A DNA stretch of 63,257 nt, the filler included, from Reclinomonas americana ATCC 50394 (lineage: Eukaryota): assembly GCA_048213135.1 (NCBI GenBank). It is 18 parts of 18 records of this genome, joined end to end, with 100 filler letters (N's around TTAATTAATTAA, not from the genome) between each part and the next. Parts side by side here need not be neighbours in the genome. Positions count along the whole stretch, not along the records: positions 39,198 to 41,497 come from AFZH01020783.1; positions 41,598 to 44,416 come from AFZH01020784.1; positions 44,517 to 46,655 come from AFZH01020785.1; positions 46,756 to 47,907 come from AFZH01020786.1; positions 48,008 to 57,961 come from AFZH01020787.1; 13 more parts are not named here. One strand, 5' to 3'. Shown in pieces: positions 39,420 to 51,831 of this stretch; within the stretch, counting starts at the first letter, position 1; the number at the start of each line of letters is the position of its first letter. The notes under the pieces were generated by a model. The model worked only from the letters and a program-made list of their open reading frames with translations, searched no databases and was not told the DNA's origin. Made by a program: the position numbers and the translations under genes.

Positions 39420-40480
39420 TTGACTGAGGCATGACAGCGGCAGCAGCGACGAATGGAGCGCCGTGCAGCATGGTTTCAGACTGGAGTGCATCGCTCCGCA
39501 CGAGCATTTGATGCCCGACCAACAGCAGTGCCGTGCGACTTGGCCTGCAGTGCTTCGTGCGACGCCTGGAGAGCAACAACGACGACTGAAGCGTCGTACG
39601 ACGTTCCGCTTGGCTTCAGCTTGCAGTGCACCGATCCCGCTGGGGCAAGCGATGCCGAACGGAGCAACCACAGCGACGACTGCAGTGCTGTGCCGCTTTT
39701 GTCGTTCCCGCTGGCGACACCTGGAGAGCAGCAACGACGACTGCAGCTCCGTAAGGGTTGCCTTGCTCTGCGTCGTTCCCGCTCGGCGGTGCCCGAACAC
39801 TGCAGCAGCGGCAACGATTGCCCCGCCGCGACTTGGCTTCAAGTGCGGCGATCTCACTGGCGCATGCGATGCCGGACATCAGTGACGGTTGCAGGGCCGT
39901 GCTGCATTGCTCCGCGAAGCCCGATCAGCAAGAACGACGACAATTGCCTTGTCGTTCCACTTGGCTTCAGCTTGCAGTGCACCGATCCCGCTGGGGCAAG
40001 CGATACCGGACGGAGCAACCACAGCGACGACTGCAGCGCTGTGATACTTATGTCGTTCCCGCCGGAGAATGCGTTGCCTGGAGAGCAGCATCGATTGGAG
40101 CTCCGTCCGGGTTGGCTTGCTGTATGTTGACCCCACTCGGCAATGCAGGACAGCACAGCAGCAGCAACGATTGCCTCTGGTTTCAACCTGCCGTGGCATC
40201 GTCCGACCGGAGCACGCAATGCCGTAAATCAGTGACGACTGCAACCCCGTGCCGCGTGTGTCATTTTCATTGGGGCAAGCGATGCCCGACCAGCAGCAGC
40301 GCCTTACCGCTTGGCTTGCTGTGTGTCATTCCCGTTCGGCGATGCCCGCACAGCCGCAGCAGCAGCAACGATTGCCCCGCCGCGCGACTTGGTTTCATCC
40401 TCGTGTAGCGCCATACCACATGATTCCAGCCTGCCTTCGTGATGCCAGACGTACAAACCAGCGACAGCCGCGACTGTAAA
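39420..40480. repeat. Degenerate GC-rich complex repeat with a 351-bp direct duplication; possible decayed repeat-protein pseudogene
   Basis: 39602-39692 is nearly identical to 39953-40043. The motif gcagcaacgattgcc recurs near 39805, 40160 and 40362. No long clean reading frame. Confidence 0.7.
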
Positions 40481-40610
40481 AAACCCGTTCCTATTCCACA
40501 TTCCATTTCATCGCCGAAAGAATATTCTTTCCACCCACCACCAATCAAAATCCGTGTTTGTTGCGAGAGCACACCCACGCCCACGCCCACACACACACGC
40601 ACACGACACC

Positions 40611-43356
40611 ATGCCGTCTGTCGTCGCCCAGCGCCGCGTGCGCGTCCCTTCCTCCTCTTCCTCCTCCTCCGCACCCGCGCCCTCCAACGCCAACCCCGCG
40701 CAACAGGCGCACGTGGTCTCCGGGCACCGCAAGCGCACCGCGCCCGAGCAGGCCGACTACGAAAAGACAGTGCTGACGCGCCTCAAGCCGTTCATGCGCT
40801 CCTCCACGGCGCGCGCAGTCTATGAACTGGCGCTCTCGCTCGTCGTCTTTGCGTTCACGCATACCCCGTGGTGCCCCGGAGGCGTCTTTCATTTGGTGAG
40901 TGGAGTGGAGTGAGAGGAGAGGGCGCGAGGGAGTGAGGGGAGAGTGAGAGAATGTGTCGCACACCGATTTGGGGCAATAACGGTCTGAGAAGAGTGGATT
41001 CGCCTGTCTCTGCCTTTTGCCCTCTCTCTCTCCTGCACACTGTCTGTCACTCATGCACTCTCGTGTGCGTGTGTGCGTGCGTCATTGATCGTGCTTTCTC
41101 TCGTTGTGCTGATTGTCGTGTGTGGAATCAAGTTTTCTGTCAACTCCGTGGCGGGGGCCATGTTAGCTGCGCCACAAGGTAGTGCATGAACCGGCATTCA
41201 TGTGAGGGGTGACACGTGTATGGTGGCGGAGATGAGCGAGAGTGAGTGGAGAGTGGGTGAGCGCGAAAGCGAATGTGAAGCGGAGAATGCAATTCAATCA
41301 GCGCACGATCAGTGGTGATGCTCGTGAGAGAGAGAGAGAGAGAGAGAGGAGGGGAGGGGGGAGGGGGGGGAGGGGGGAGGGGGAGGGAGGGAAGGAGAGA
41401 GAGAGAGAGAGGTAGTAGTTGTTTGTTTGTTCGTGTCTAGTTCGTGTGTAGTAGTGGTGTTAGTGTTGTTCGTCTCGTTCCTTCCCTTTCTCCTCTCNNN
41501 NNNNNNNNNNNNNNNNNNNNNNNNNNNNNNNNNNNNNNNNNTTAATTAATTAANNNNNNNNNNNNNNNNNNNNNNNNNNNNNNNNNNNNNNNNNNNNGTC
41601 TCGTACCGCTTCTGGCGCCTCCTGCTGTACCGTACATCCGCCTTGGCCGTACAGCAGGGGAGGGAGGGAGGGAAAGAGAGAAAGAGAAAGAGATGCAAGT
41701 GTTTGTTTTGTTTGTTCGCATTCTGTGCAAGTGTGTGTATTGTGTGTGCTTCTCCCTTTCCTCTCTCCTCTCACTCACTCTCTCTCTCTCTCTCTCTCTC
41801 CTCTCTCGCTGGACTGGCAAACGTGTGCGAGAAGAGTGGGGGTCGGGACATTGTCATGTGCGGCGACATGGCGCGCCCTTTCTCACTCTCTCCTTCCCTC
41901 TTCCTCCTCCAGGTTCTGACGGCGCTGATCAAGGTGCGCATCTTTGTGCAATTCCACGACATGGCGCACGGGTCGTTCTTCCCGTCGTGGCGCTGGAACA
42001 AGCTGGTGGGCTACGTGTGCGGAGCGCTGTCGTTTACGCCGTTTGAGGCGTGGCAGGGCGCGCACAACACGCATCACACGTATCTGGCGAATGTGGAGGG
42101 CAATTTGGAGCAGGTGTGTGAGAGGGAGAAGGGAGATGCAGGAATTATTCGGGGGAGATGCAAGTGGGATGCAACGGAGGGGAATGGGGCAGCGAGGCAG
42201 AGGCTTGTGACGGGGATGAGAAAGGAGTGAGACAGCTCAGATACTCGTGGAGAGAGAGATGCAAAGAGGAGAAACGAACAATGCGAACACACAAGACAAG
42301 TCAATGAGGCGGCTCTGAGATTGACGGCAGAGAGGAGTAGGCAGATGGGTGCAAGGAAGAAGCGCGATAGAGGATGGATCGGAGATAGGACGTGAGAGGA
42401 TCAAGCAGCAAGTACAATGTAGATATGATCGGAGATGAGAGAGGAGTTGCAAATACAATGTTGATGATCCGAGACGAAGAAGAGATACACGCTTGTGGTA
42501 GAGAGGGGAGCAGCATTGGAGAGCGAGGCACCAAGATGCACTGGTGTCACATTTTAGGATGGAGCAGCCAAGACAAGATAGATGACGCGGAGATGAAGTC
42601 GGGTTTCATTCGCTACAAATCTTTACGATCGTTTCCCCTCAATCGCGATTTGGCAAACTCTCCCCATTTCACATCGTTTTCCTTACTCTCTCCCTCTCTT
42701 TCTCTCTCTCTCACTCTCCATCTGTCTGTCTCTTTGTGTGTCTGTGTGTATATGTCTGTCTGTCTGTCTCGCTGACTCTCTCACTCTCTTTTTCTTTCTC
42801 TGCCATTCTCTCTATGTGTGTGTATGTGTGTTTGTGGTTGTCTTTCTCTCTCTCTCTTGCTCTCTGCGTGTGTATCTCGGTCGCTCTCTTTCTTCCTGCC
42901 TGCCTGTCTGTCTCGCTGACTCTCTCTCTCTCTCTCTCTCTTTCTTTCTCTTTCTCTTTCTCTTTCTCTTTCTCTTTCTCTTTCTCTGCCATTCTCTCTC
43001 TCTCTCTGTGTATATGTGTGTTTTTGGTTATCTCTCTCTCCTGCTCTCTCTTTGTGTGTGTGTCACTGTCGCTCTCTTGCTTCCTTCCTGCCTGCCTGTC
43101 GTCTGTCTGTCTGACTTTCTCTCTCTGCCTGTCTGTCTTTGTGTCTCTCTGTCTATGGCTGACTCTCTCTCTCTCACTCTCGCGCTCTCTCTTTCTCTCT
43201 CTCTCTCTGCGTGTGTGTCTCGGTCGCTCTCTTTCTTCCTGCCTGCCTGCCTGTTGTTTGTCTATATGTCTGTCTGTTCTCGCTGACTCTCACACATTCT
43301 CGCTCTCGCTCTCTTTCTATTTCTCTGGCTTTCTCTCTCTTTGTGTGTGTGGTTGT

Positions 43357-43399
<43 letters not shown>

Positions 43400-44344
43400 C
43401 GTGTCTCGGTCGCTCGCTTTCATCCTGCCTGCGTGTGTGTCTGTCTGTGTGTCTGTCTGTGTGTCTGTCTCTATGTCTCTCTCTCTTTCTCTCACTATCT
43501 TCTTTCTCCCTGCCTGCCTGTCTCTCTGTCTGCCTGTCTGTCTGCAAGTCTCACTCTCTCTCTCTCTCTCTCGCTCTATCTCTATCTCTCACACAATGTC
43601 TGCCTGTCTCTCTCTTTTGTCTCATGCAGTTCGCCCCCTTCCCGCTTCTCCTTTCTTCCCCCTTCCCCATCCCCCTCCCTTCCCCTCCCCCCCCCCCTTC
43701 CCCTCCTTGCCTCATCTCACCCTTTCCCGTTTCCTTCCCCCTTCTTAGGCCGGCGAGGTCCCCACCTGGACCGTCAAGCAATACATGGCCGCCTCCCCCA
43801 CCATCCGCTTCCTCTACCGCGGCTACCGCCACCCCGTCTTCCTCTTCGGCGTGCTGCCGTGGTACGTCTTCATCGTCTCGTACCGCTTCTGGCGCCTCGA
43901 CCGCCGCGACACGTGGATCTGCAACGCGCTGATGGCCCTGCGCCTGGTCGGCCTCTACTATTTCTGCGGTGGCTGGTCGGCGGTCACCGCCGAGTTCCTG
44001 GTGGAGATGCTGGCGGCGACGCTCGGCTTCTTCCTGTTCTTCTCGCAGCACACGTTCAATCCGTTCCAGGAGCAGGTGACTGAGGGTTACTCGGCGGTCA
44101 AGGCCGGCGTGCACAGCTCGTCGTACTTTACCATGCCGGCGATCATGCACTGGTGAGGAGGGAAAAGGGAAAGGGGAAAGGGAGGGGAAGGGAGAAGAGA
44201 GAGAAGAGGCGATCGAAGGAGGACGAGGACAGGAGTGGGTGATGGTGTCGCTCTTTGTCATTTTTTCTGGACGTATTGCTCGTTCTTGTCGGAGGAAGGG
44301 TGAGAGACCGAATACGAGTGGATTGCTCGTAATTCTGTGATGTT

Positions 44345-44380
<36 letters not shown>

Positions 44381-44856
44381 AAAACAATAGACTAGGACAA
44401 CGCACCAACAGACGTTNNNNNNNNNNNNNNNNNNNNNNNNNNNNNNNNNNNNNNNNNNNNTTAATTAATTAANNNNNNNNNNNNNNNNNNNNNNNNNNNN
44501 NNNNNNNNNNNNNNNNCTCTTCCTCCCCCTTCCCCCCTTCTCATCCCTTCCCCTTTCTCCCCCTCCATAGGTTCACCGGCAACATCGGCTTCCACCACAT
44601 CCACCACATCACCACCCGCGTCCCCTCGTACCACCTCGCCGAGGCGCACTACGCCCTGGAGGACCTGTGGGACGACGTCACGCGTATCACCTGGGCGCAG
44701 GCCATTGCCGGCCGCAACCTCGGTCTGTGGGACGACGAGACCAAGGAGTACATTACGTGCGCCGACGCCGATCGCCTGATTGCCAACAAGGCGCTGCCGC
44801 CGCCGCCAGCCGACGTCAAGGCGGGCATGTCGACGCTGCTGTCGCGCCTCGGATGA
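40611..44856 (+). CDS. Membrane fatty-acid desaturase, bacterial Des (Bacillus delta5 acyl-lipid)-type; exons 40611-40895, 41913-42113, 43749-44152, 44571-44856
   Basis: Three His boxes HDMAH, HNTHH, HHIHH. Context RIFVQFHDMAHGSFF, TWTVKQY..FLYRGYRHP, FLFFSQHTF, SSYFTMPAIMHWFTGNIGFHHIHH..VPSYHL and LWDDE. Confidence 0.92.
41622..41657 (+). other. SOLiD/Ion-type mate-pair internal adaptor (assembly artefact)
   Basis: Sequence CTGCTGTACCGTACATCCGCCTTGGCCGTACAGCAG at a contig start. The preceding 24 nt (41598-41621) duplicate 43875-43898, about 2.3 kb downstream. Confidence 0.93.
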
Positions 44857-45112
44857 TCAGAAGAGCGTTCTTTTCACCTCCCCCTCCCTTCTCTCTCCTC
44901 TCTCTTGTGTCTTTTGAGCATGTGCGTGCGTGTTTCTCGGGTGCGTGCGCCGGTCTTTTTTGGGGGGAGGCCAATCTCGCTTTTTTTCCTTCATCCTGTA
45001 TGTACGTATTCTTCCTTCCCTCTTTGCAATTGAAGTGTGTTTTGCTGCATTCCGCTTGGGTTGTTGTTTCATTATATTTTCTTTTTCTCTCTGTCTCTCC
45101 TCTCTTCAAAAT

Positions 45113-45421
45113 TTAGGAACGAGAGTAGGCGCAGGTGCGGGCAGACGGCGCCGCCGTGCTCGCGGCCAACTTGATGGCCTTGCGCTCGCGCTCCGTGTTG
45201 CGGTCCTGGAACATTTGCTCGACGTAGCCCGAGTACTGCCACTTGCGGCGATTGTGCATCTCGCTCGGCTGACTCTGCGCGCCCTCCACTTGCATGTCGG
45301 TGAAATCGCGCCGATGCACCGTCTCCATCAGGTGCAAGTGCGGGAGGCGGCAGGCGGCGAGCACGGCGGCGTCGGTGCAGAGCACCATTGGGTTGCCCAC
45401 GGAGGTTCTGTTGGCTGACAT
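45113..45421 (-). CDS. Hypothetical 102-aa protein, apparently intronless
   Basis: ATG-to-TAA ORF with the GC3-rich codon usage of the real exons here. It is convergent with the desaturase and has an AT-richer upstream region. Confidence 0.65.
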   Translation of the reverse strand: MSANRTSVGNPMVLCTDAAVLAACRLPHLHLMETVHRRDFTDMQVEGAQSQPSEMHNRRKWQYSGYVEQMFQDRNTERERKAIKLAASTAAPSARTCAYSRS

Positions 45422-46089
45422 TTTGAAAGGGGGGAAGTGGGTAAGGGGGGAGAGTTGTCTCTGCTCGTCAAATGCCTGAAAAAAGTGGTTGACATACGGT
45501 TAATTTACGGGAATTTTTCAGGACGCGCCGGTGTGTGGCGCTGATGGTGAGTGTGGCGTGAGTGGGGGATGTGCAGAGGTGAGATAGGGAGGAGGGCGAG
45601 GGTGGGAGAGGCGTGTGAGGGTCGGAAATCGAGGGTGTGCGGTGAAATGGCGGTTTTCGGTATTTGATTGATACGGTAACTGCGATTAAGAAACGCATTT
45701 CTTTAATTGACTGAGACCAGCGCGCTGATGGAGTTTTCTGAGACACAAGGAGAAATGAAGTGGAGTGACTAGGCAACAGTACCTGCGTGTCACAGTTCTG
45801 AATCGAAGATGTGCTGCAAAAAACGACAAAAAAACAATTCATTCACCACATTCCAAAAATGCGATAAACGCCCATAAATCCCTTGCCGACAATGACCTTG
45901 GCACACCAACAATATACAAACACATAATTACTTCTCCAACAGTCATCTTCCCTTTCAGGAGACAAAGCCAATCGAACGCGTGTTCGCCTCGAAAGGATTT
46001 CGCGGCGCAAATTATTTTAAAAGTGTCAGCGGCCTACGTAGACGTTGAACTCGTTGAAGCTGGGTGCTGCAGTAGCGACTCGATGGTAA

Positions 46090-47310
46090 TTGTACTGCAA
46101 GTCGAACGTGCACACCGAGGCAGTCTTCTACACCGAGAAAGTACCGCAGAACTTGGTGGCAGCAGAAGAAAACCAGTTCGCAAAGTTGAAACCAGACATT
46201 GTGGTGTGGCTCGAGCAGGTCCAGGTGTCGATGCACAGGTGACGACAACAACAATTCATTCACCAACAAACAAGCAACAGCTGTCTTGATGACCAAGTTC
46301 AACCATATCCAAAACATCAACACAGACACCAATCTTGAGGCAGCAGCAGGTTCCTTGTGTGTGTGTGTGTGATGGAAGTGTTGAGCTGCGGAACACGAAG
46401 TCGAGGACAATCCATAACTGTAGTGTCCTCTCCTTCAGTTCCTTGCTTCTGTAGGCTTCCTTTCTTACGAGAGCAAGCCACCTGGTTGGCACTTCCGTGG
46501 TGGCCCACCCACCCGCCCGAATGTGTGTATGTTGACGGATGGTCACTGTGGAACCGATTACCGCGATGCACCGAGTGCTGTTTTGTGATGGCGGGATTAT
46601 CGTAGGCTTCATTGAGGAGGTGGCCTCGGACTTGGAGAGCACTACAGGCTAGCTGNNNNNNNNNNNNNNNNNNNNNNNNNNNNNNNNNNNNNNNNNNNNT
46701 TAATTAATTAANNNNNNNNNNNNNNNNNNNNNNNNNNNNNNNNNNNNNNNNNNNNGTAGCAGGCGTGGGGAGCCAGCGCCAATATCGGCGTGTATCCTCT
46801 GCTGCTGGTAGTGTGTTGGAGAGGGTGATGGGCGTGTGCAGTAGACGGACTGCTGTGACGCGGCGGGTTGTGCAAGCGACTAGTTGTGCGTGCGAGAATG
46901 ATGGCACAGGTGGAACGAGTACGCTGCTATACCTGTGTGTGGCGTCCGAGGGCCAGCGTGTGTGCGGTGGATGCGTTGGCGTTGTTAGCCGAGTGCCGAG
47001 TGCGGTCTGGAGACAGTTTACTGCGCCGTACTTGCGGGTCCGGAGTAGCCGGTTGCCAGGCGTAGCTCATTGATCGACTCCGGCCAGGACGGCTTTACCG
47101 TGGATCGGCACTGGCGGAACGAGAATCGGCGCACGAGGGCTTGATGTCGGTGCGGTTGCGAGTGTGCTCCAGCGGTGAGCACTCCGGCGGGAGCCAGGAT
47201 CGTGACCAGCGGGCCGCACACACGCTCGAGGGAGGGTTTTGCTGGTCACATTGCTTGACCGGCCCCTCTCGAGGCCCGATTTAAGCGAAGGCATGTAAAA
47301 TAAAGTCAAA
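46090..47310 (+). mobile_element. Possible decayed 3' end of an RLE-type non-LTR retrotransposon
   Basis: Stop-bounded frame NVHTEAVFY..LKPDIVVW (46189-46209) resembles a PD-(D/E)xK restriction-like endonuclease. Downstream are a hairpin (47225-47273) and an A-rich end TAAAATAAA. No RT motif seen, and a gap lies inside. Confidence 0.25.
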
Positions 47311-47814
47311 CTATAAGTCGGTTGTGGTTGGGGTGCATCGCTGTTTTGAGTTGTCGGTGTTGAATCGAGTAGAGAGTGCCACGTTAGTGACGGTGCTGTT
47401 CAGTGGTGGACTGGTGGTGGCAGTAGAGGACACTACAATTGGTTGTCGAGACTGATAAGTGTGGAGCAAGCTCAAATACGGAACTCTCTCCAAACGTAGT
47501 CAGGAGAGTGTGTTGGCTAATGAATTCTGTTGTTGTTGGACGTCGATTTCGCATTCGATATCGAGATAAACGTTCGAAATTCTTGCTGCCTCCACGTTTC
47601 TGCAACACATCTCAAGCGATCATCATACATCAGCGTGCATTGTTGGAGCGCACCAACTGATGCCCCTCACTGCGAAAGGCCGACGTCGAAAGGCACAAAC
47701 CTTTGATCGACGTTCGTAGCGGGTTTGTCCCAACGGATTTTTGTTTGGTTGCGGAGAAAAAGCAACACTTGAACCGTGCCTTCCTCTCTGCGCACTCAGA
47801 CACCGCGATCAATC

Positions 47815-48035
47815 ATGGACTCGTGCGATGCAACAAGGTGAGAAGCGATGAAACAGAAAGCAGCAGAGTCATGACGTGTTCGAGGATGACGAAACACGAG
47901 TTGTCGANNNNNNNNNNNNNNNNNNNNNNNNNNNNNNNNNNNNNNNNNNNNTTAATTAATTAANNNNNNNNNNNNNNNNNNNNNNNNNNNNNNNNNNNNN
48001 NNNNNNNTTCGTCGTTCGTTCGTTCGTCTCTCTCT

Positions 48036-48091
<56 letters not shown>

Positions 48092-51000
48092 CTCTATCTC
48101 TCTCTCCCTCCTCTCTCTCTCTCTCGCCTTCTCTCCCGCTTGCTCACTAGTGCAGAACTTGTCTGTGATCAATTTAACACCCTCTCTTTCCTCACCTCAC
48201 TCTCTCTCCACCCTTCGCCCCTCCCTTCCCCCTTCTCCCCCTCCACAGCCCCTCCAGCTCCGGCGAGCGCAAATCCCGCCGCGAACAAATGATGGCCGAG
48301 CGCCGCAAGTTCCTCGCCGAAATGCGCCGCAAGAAAGCCACTGCCGCCGCCGCCGCCTCCGACGACCCCTTCTCCGCCGCCGTACTCCAAGAGCGCGCCC
48401 CCGAGATCTGCAGTGAGTTCGTTCGCATTGAGGATCACTACGAGCTGCGCGGGGAGCTGGGTCGCGGACAATTCGGCATTGTGTATGATGGGATGGAGCT
48501 GAAGACCGGGAACTCGTATGCTGTGAAGGTGGGAAAGAGGGGAAAGAGGGGAAGGAGGGGGAGGGGAGGGGAGGGAGTGAAGGGGAAAGGGGGAGGGAGG
48601 GGAGGAGAACGAGGAGAACGAGGGGGAGTCAATTTCTTTTGCGACAAGTCGAGCTGTCTGTCACTGCCTCTCGCTGTGCGTCCCGCTCTGTGCCATGATC
48701 GCAACTGACTCTCTCATTGCGACTCACTCTTTGCTCACTACGATTCTCTTTTCTTTCCCCGTGCTTCGCTTTTTTCTCGCCACGACTCATTTTGATTCCC
48801 TCGTTCTTGTTGCGGCTCACTCTGCGTCTCGCTCGGTTCTCTTATCGCATCTCACTCGTGTTACATCACGACTCTCGCTTGTCTCACCACGACTCATTCT
48901 TGTTGATCACGTTGCACTATTATCGCAGCTCACTCTTTCTCTTTCAGCGTCCCACCCTTTCACACTTTGCGACTCTCACAGTCACACTGCCTCTCAGTCG
49001 GCGTATCACTCTGCTCCATCGTCGCAGCTCACTCTTATATCCTCATGTCTCACTCGTATCGCACAAGGACTCACTCTTATCTCTCAACGACTAACTCTTA
49101 TCCCCTCACGACTCACTCTTCTCTCATTACAACTCGCTCTTATCTTTCTGCATTCTTCCTCGGTATCTTACTGCGTCTTGTTCATCATGTTTCTGCCTCG
49201 TGCACTTTGGGCTTTTTAGCGACTATCTCACTGCAGCCTGTCTCACATGCTCCACTACTCACAACGGTGACCAACTCCGTCTTTTGTCACCCAGTCTATT
49301 TGCACGCAGTTTCTCCTTCCCGCCTTCCATTTATTCTCTCGTTGCCTTTCACTCGAGCACCGCCTCCCATCTTCTGTCCCTCACTCACTCTCTCTTGGAT
49401 TGACTCTCTGGCTTTCTCGCTACTTCGTTCTGCCAGTCACTCTGAGTCCCACAATGTCACTCACAGTTACTGTATTTCTGTCGCACTGTCAATCGTGCAC
49501 TCTGTTACATTCCTCTTTTCCCACCCTGTCTCACTTTCCTCCACCCTTCCCCCCCACGAAGGTGCTGTCAAAACGCGTCTGCAGCCCCCAAATGGACGCC
49601 GCCATCAAATCCATGCGCGAGGAATTCGGCATCCTCCGCGAACTCAATCACCCGGGCGTGGTGGGCCTGCACGAGCTGCTCGAGTCGGAGATCAACTTTT
49701 ATGTTGCGCGCACCGTATAGTCCTCTCTCTCTTTCTCACCCATCGCTCACCCTCCTCTCCTTTCGCAGCTGGTAATGGAGAAAATCAGCGGTGGCGAGTT
49801 GTGGGACCGCATTGTGGAGCACGGCGGCTACAATGAGCGCATCGCCGCTGGCCTGTTCCGCCAGCTGGTCGAGTGCATTCAGTATCTGCACGCCAAGGGC
49901 ATCTGTCACCGCGATCTGAAGCCGCAGAACATTTTGGTGCAGGAGGTTTGTGTGGGGGAAGGGGTTGAGGGAGAGAGAAAGGGCAGGAAGGGGGAGAGCG
50001 GAGAGTCAAAGACTTCGATGTCTTTATCAAAGTTCAAACCTCTCGATTGCACTCTCAAGTGTCGCTCTCCCTCTCTCTCTTTGACGACCTCTGCGCCTTC
50101 TGGACGCTCTCTCAATCGATTTCTCGCTCACTCACTCGCCTTCTCGATCACTCACTCGCCTTCTCGATCACTCACTCGCTTTCTCGCTTGCACACTCGCT
50201 TTCTCGCTCACTCACTCGCCTTCTCGCTTGCTCTCTCGCCTTCTCGCGTGCTCTCTCCCTTCTCGCTCACTCACTCGCTTTCTCACTTGCTCTCTCGCCT
50301 TTTCGCTCACTCACTTGCCGTCTCGCTCACTCACTTGCCGTCTCGCTCACTCACTTGCCTTCTCGCTCACTCTCGCTTTCTCGCTTTCTCACTCACTCTC
50401 TCACTCACTCTCTCGCCTTCTCGCTCACTCACTCGCCTTGCTCACTCTCTCGCCTTCTTGCTCACTCACTCGCTTTCTTGCTCACTCACTCGCTTTCTTG
50501 CTCACTCACTCGCCTTCTCGCTCACTCACTCGCCTTCTTGCTCACTCCGTCGCCTTCTCGCTCACTCCCTCGCTTTCTCGCTCACTCTCTCGCCTCCTCG
50601 CTTGCTCACTCGCTTTCTCGCTCACTCTCTCGCTTTCTCGCTCACTCACTCGCTTTCTTGCTCACTCACTCGCTTTCTTGCTCACTCACTCGCCTTCTCG
50701 CTCACTCACTCGCCTTCTCGCTCACTCTCTCGCTTTCTCGCTTTCTCACTCACTCTCTCACTCACTCACTCGCCTTCTTGCTCACTCACTCGCCTTCTTG
50801 CTCACTCACTCGCCTTCTCGCTCACTCACTCGCCTTCTCGCTCACTCACTCGCCTTCTCGCTCACTCACTTGCCTTCTCGCTCACTCACTCGCCTTCTTG
50901 CTCACTCCGTCGCCTTCTCGCTCACTCTCTCGCCTCCTCGCTTGCTCACTCGCTTTCTCGCTCACTCTCTCGCTTTCTCGCTTGCTCTCTCGCTTTCTCG

Positions 51001-51785
51001 CTCACTCACTCGCCTTTTCCTCTCTCGTTCTCGTTCGTTCTCCCACTCTTTCTTGATCACTGTTCTCTTTCTCACTCGCTCACTCGCTGTATCTTGCCGC
51101 CACTCACTGCCATTTCTCTCGAATCACTCGTCATCAATTGCTTTGCTCTCCCCTTCTTTCTGATCGTATCCCTTCCCCGTCATCGCAGGCCGTCAAAGAC
51201 CTGGAAAACGCACACATCAAGATCACCGACTTTGGCGTGAGCACGTTGTTGCCAGAGTCCGGCGCCTCCATGCGGGAAATGACGGGCACTCCGCAGGTGC
51301 TTGTTGCATGATCGTGTCCTTCCGTGATGTGACAAAGCTCATTTCAGTTGCCCTGCAGTACATGGCCCCGGAGGTCGTCCGCCTGGGCAAGTACGACGAG
51401 GAAGTGAATTTGGGAGACTATGACGAGACCATGCGCGGCGTGTATCATCTCTGTGTGGATATGTGGTGCGTATCTGCCGAAGGAGGAATGCGGAGAGAGT
51501 GTTGCTGATTGTGAGAACAGGAGCGCCGGCTGCATTTTGTACGTGCTGTTGTGTGGATTCCTGCCGTTTGATGATCGTGCGTTGTCATCTCTTGTCTTTG
51601 TGGGGTTGCGTCATGGCATTCACTCTCATTGTCTGACAGCCGACGAGTCGCGACTGGTGGAGAAGATCTGCACGGTGAGCTTCGCCGCAGAACCTGGCAG
51701 GAAACATCATCGCTCTCATTGATTCTTACTCTCCTGTCAGACTGACTGCCTCACTCCGTCTCACTCTCAGCGGAGCGTTGTACAT

Positions 51786-51831
<46 letters not shown>

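Noticed and set aside
41622..41657. Repeated 36-bp element with terminal inverted repeats (CTGCTGTAC...GTACAGCAG) that looks like a MITE or operator
   Set aside because: It matches the mate-pair internal adaptor, occurs only at contig starts, and is joined to tags from kilobases downstream.
47055..47130. tRNA-like start GGCGTAGCTCA
   Set aside because: No T-loop/B-box (GTTCRA) and no cloverleaf.
47655..47700. Hammerhead-ribozyme-like CTGATG...GAAA
   Set aside because: The core reads CTGATGC rather than CTGANGA, and no convincing three stems are present.
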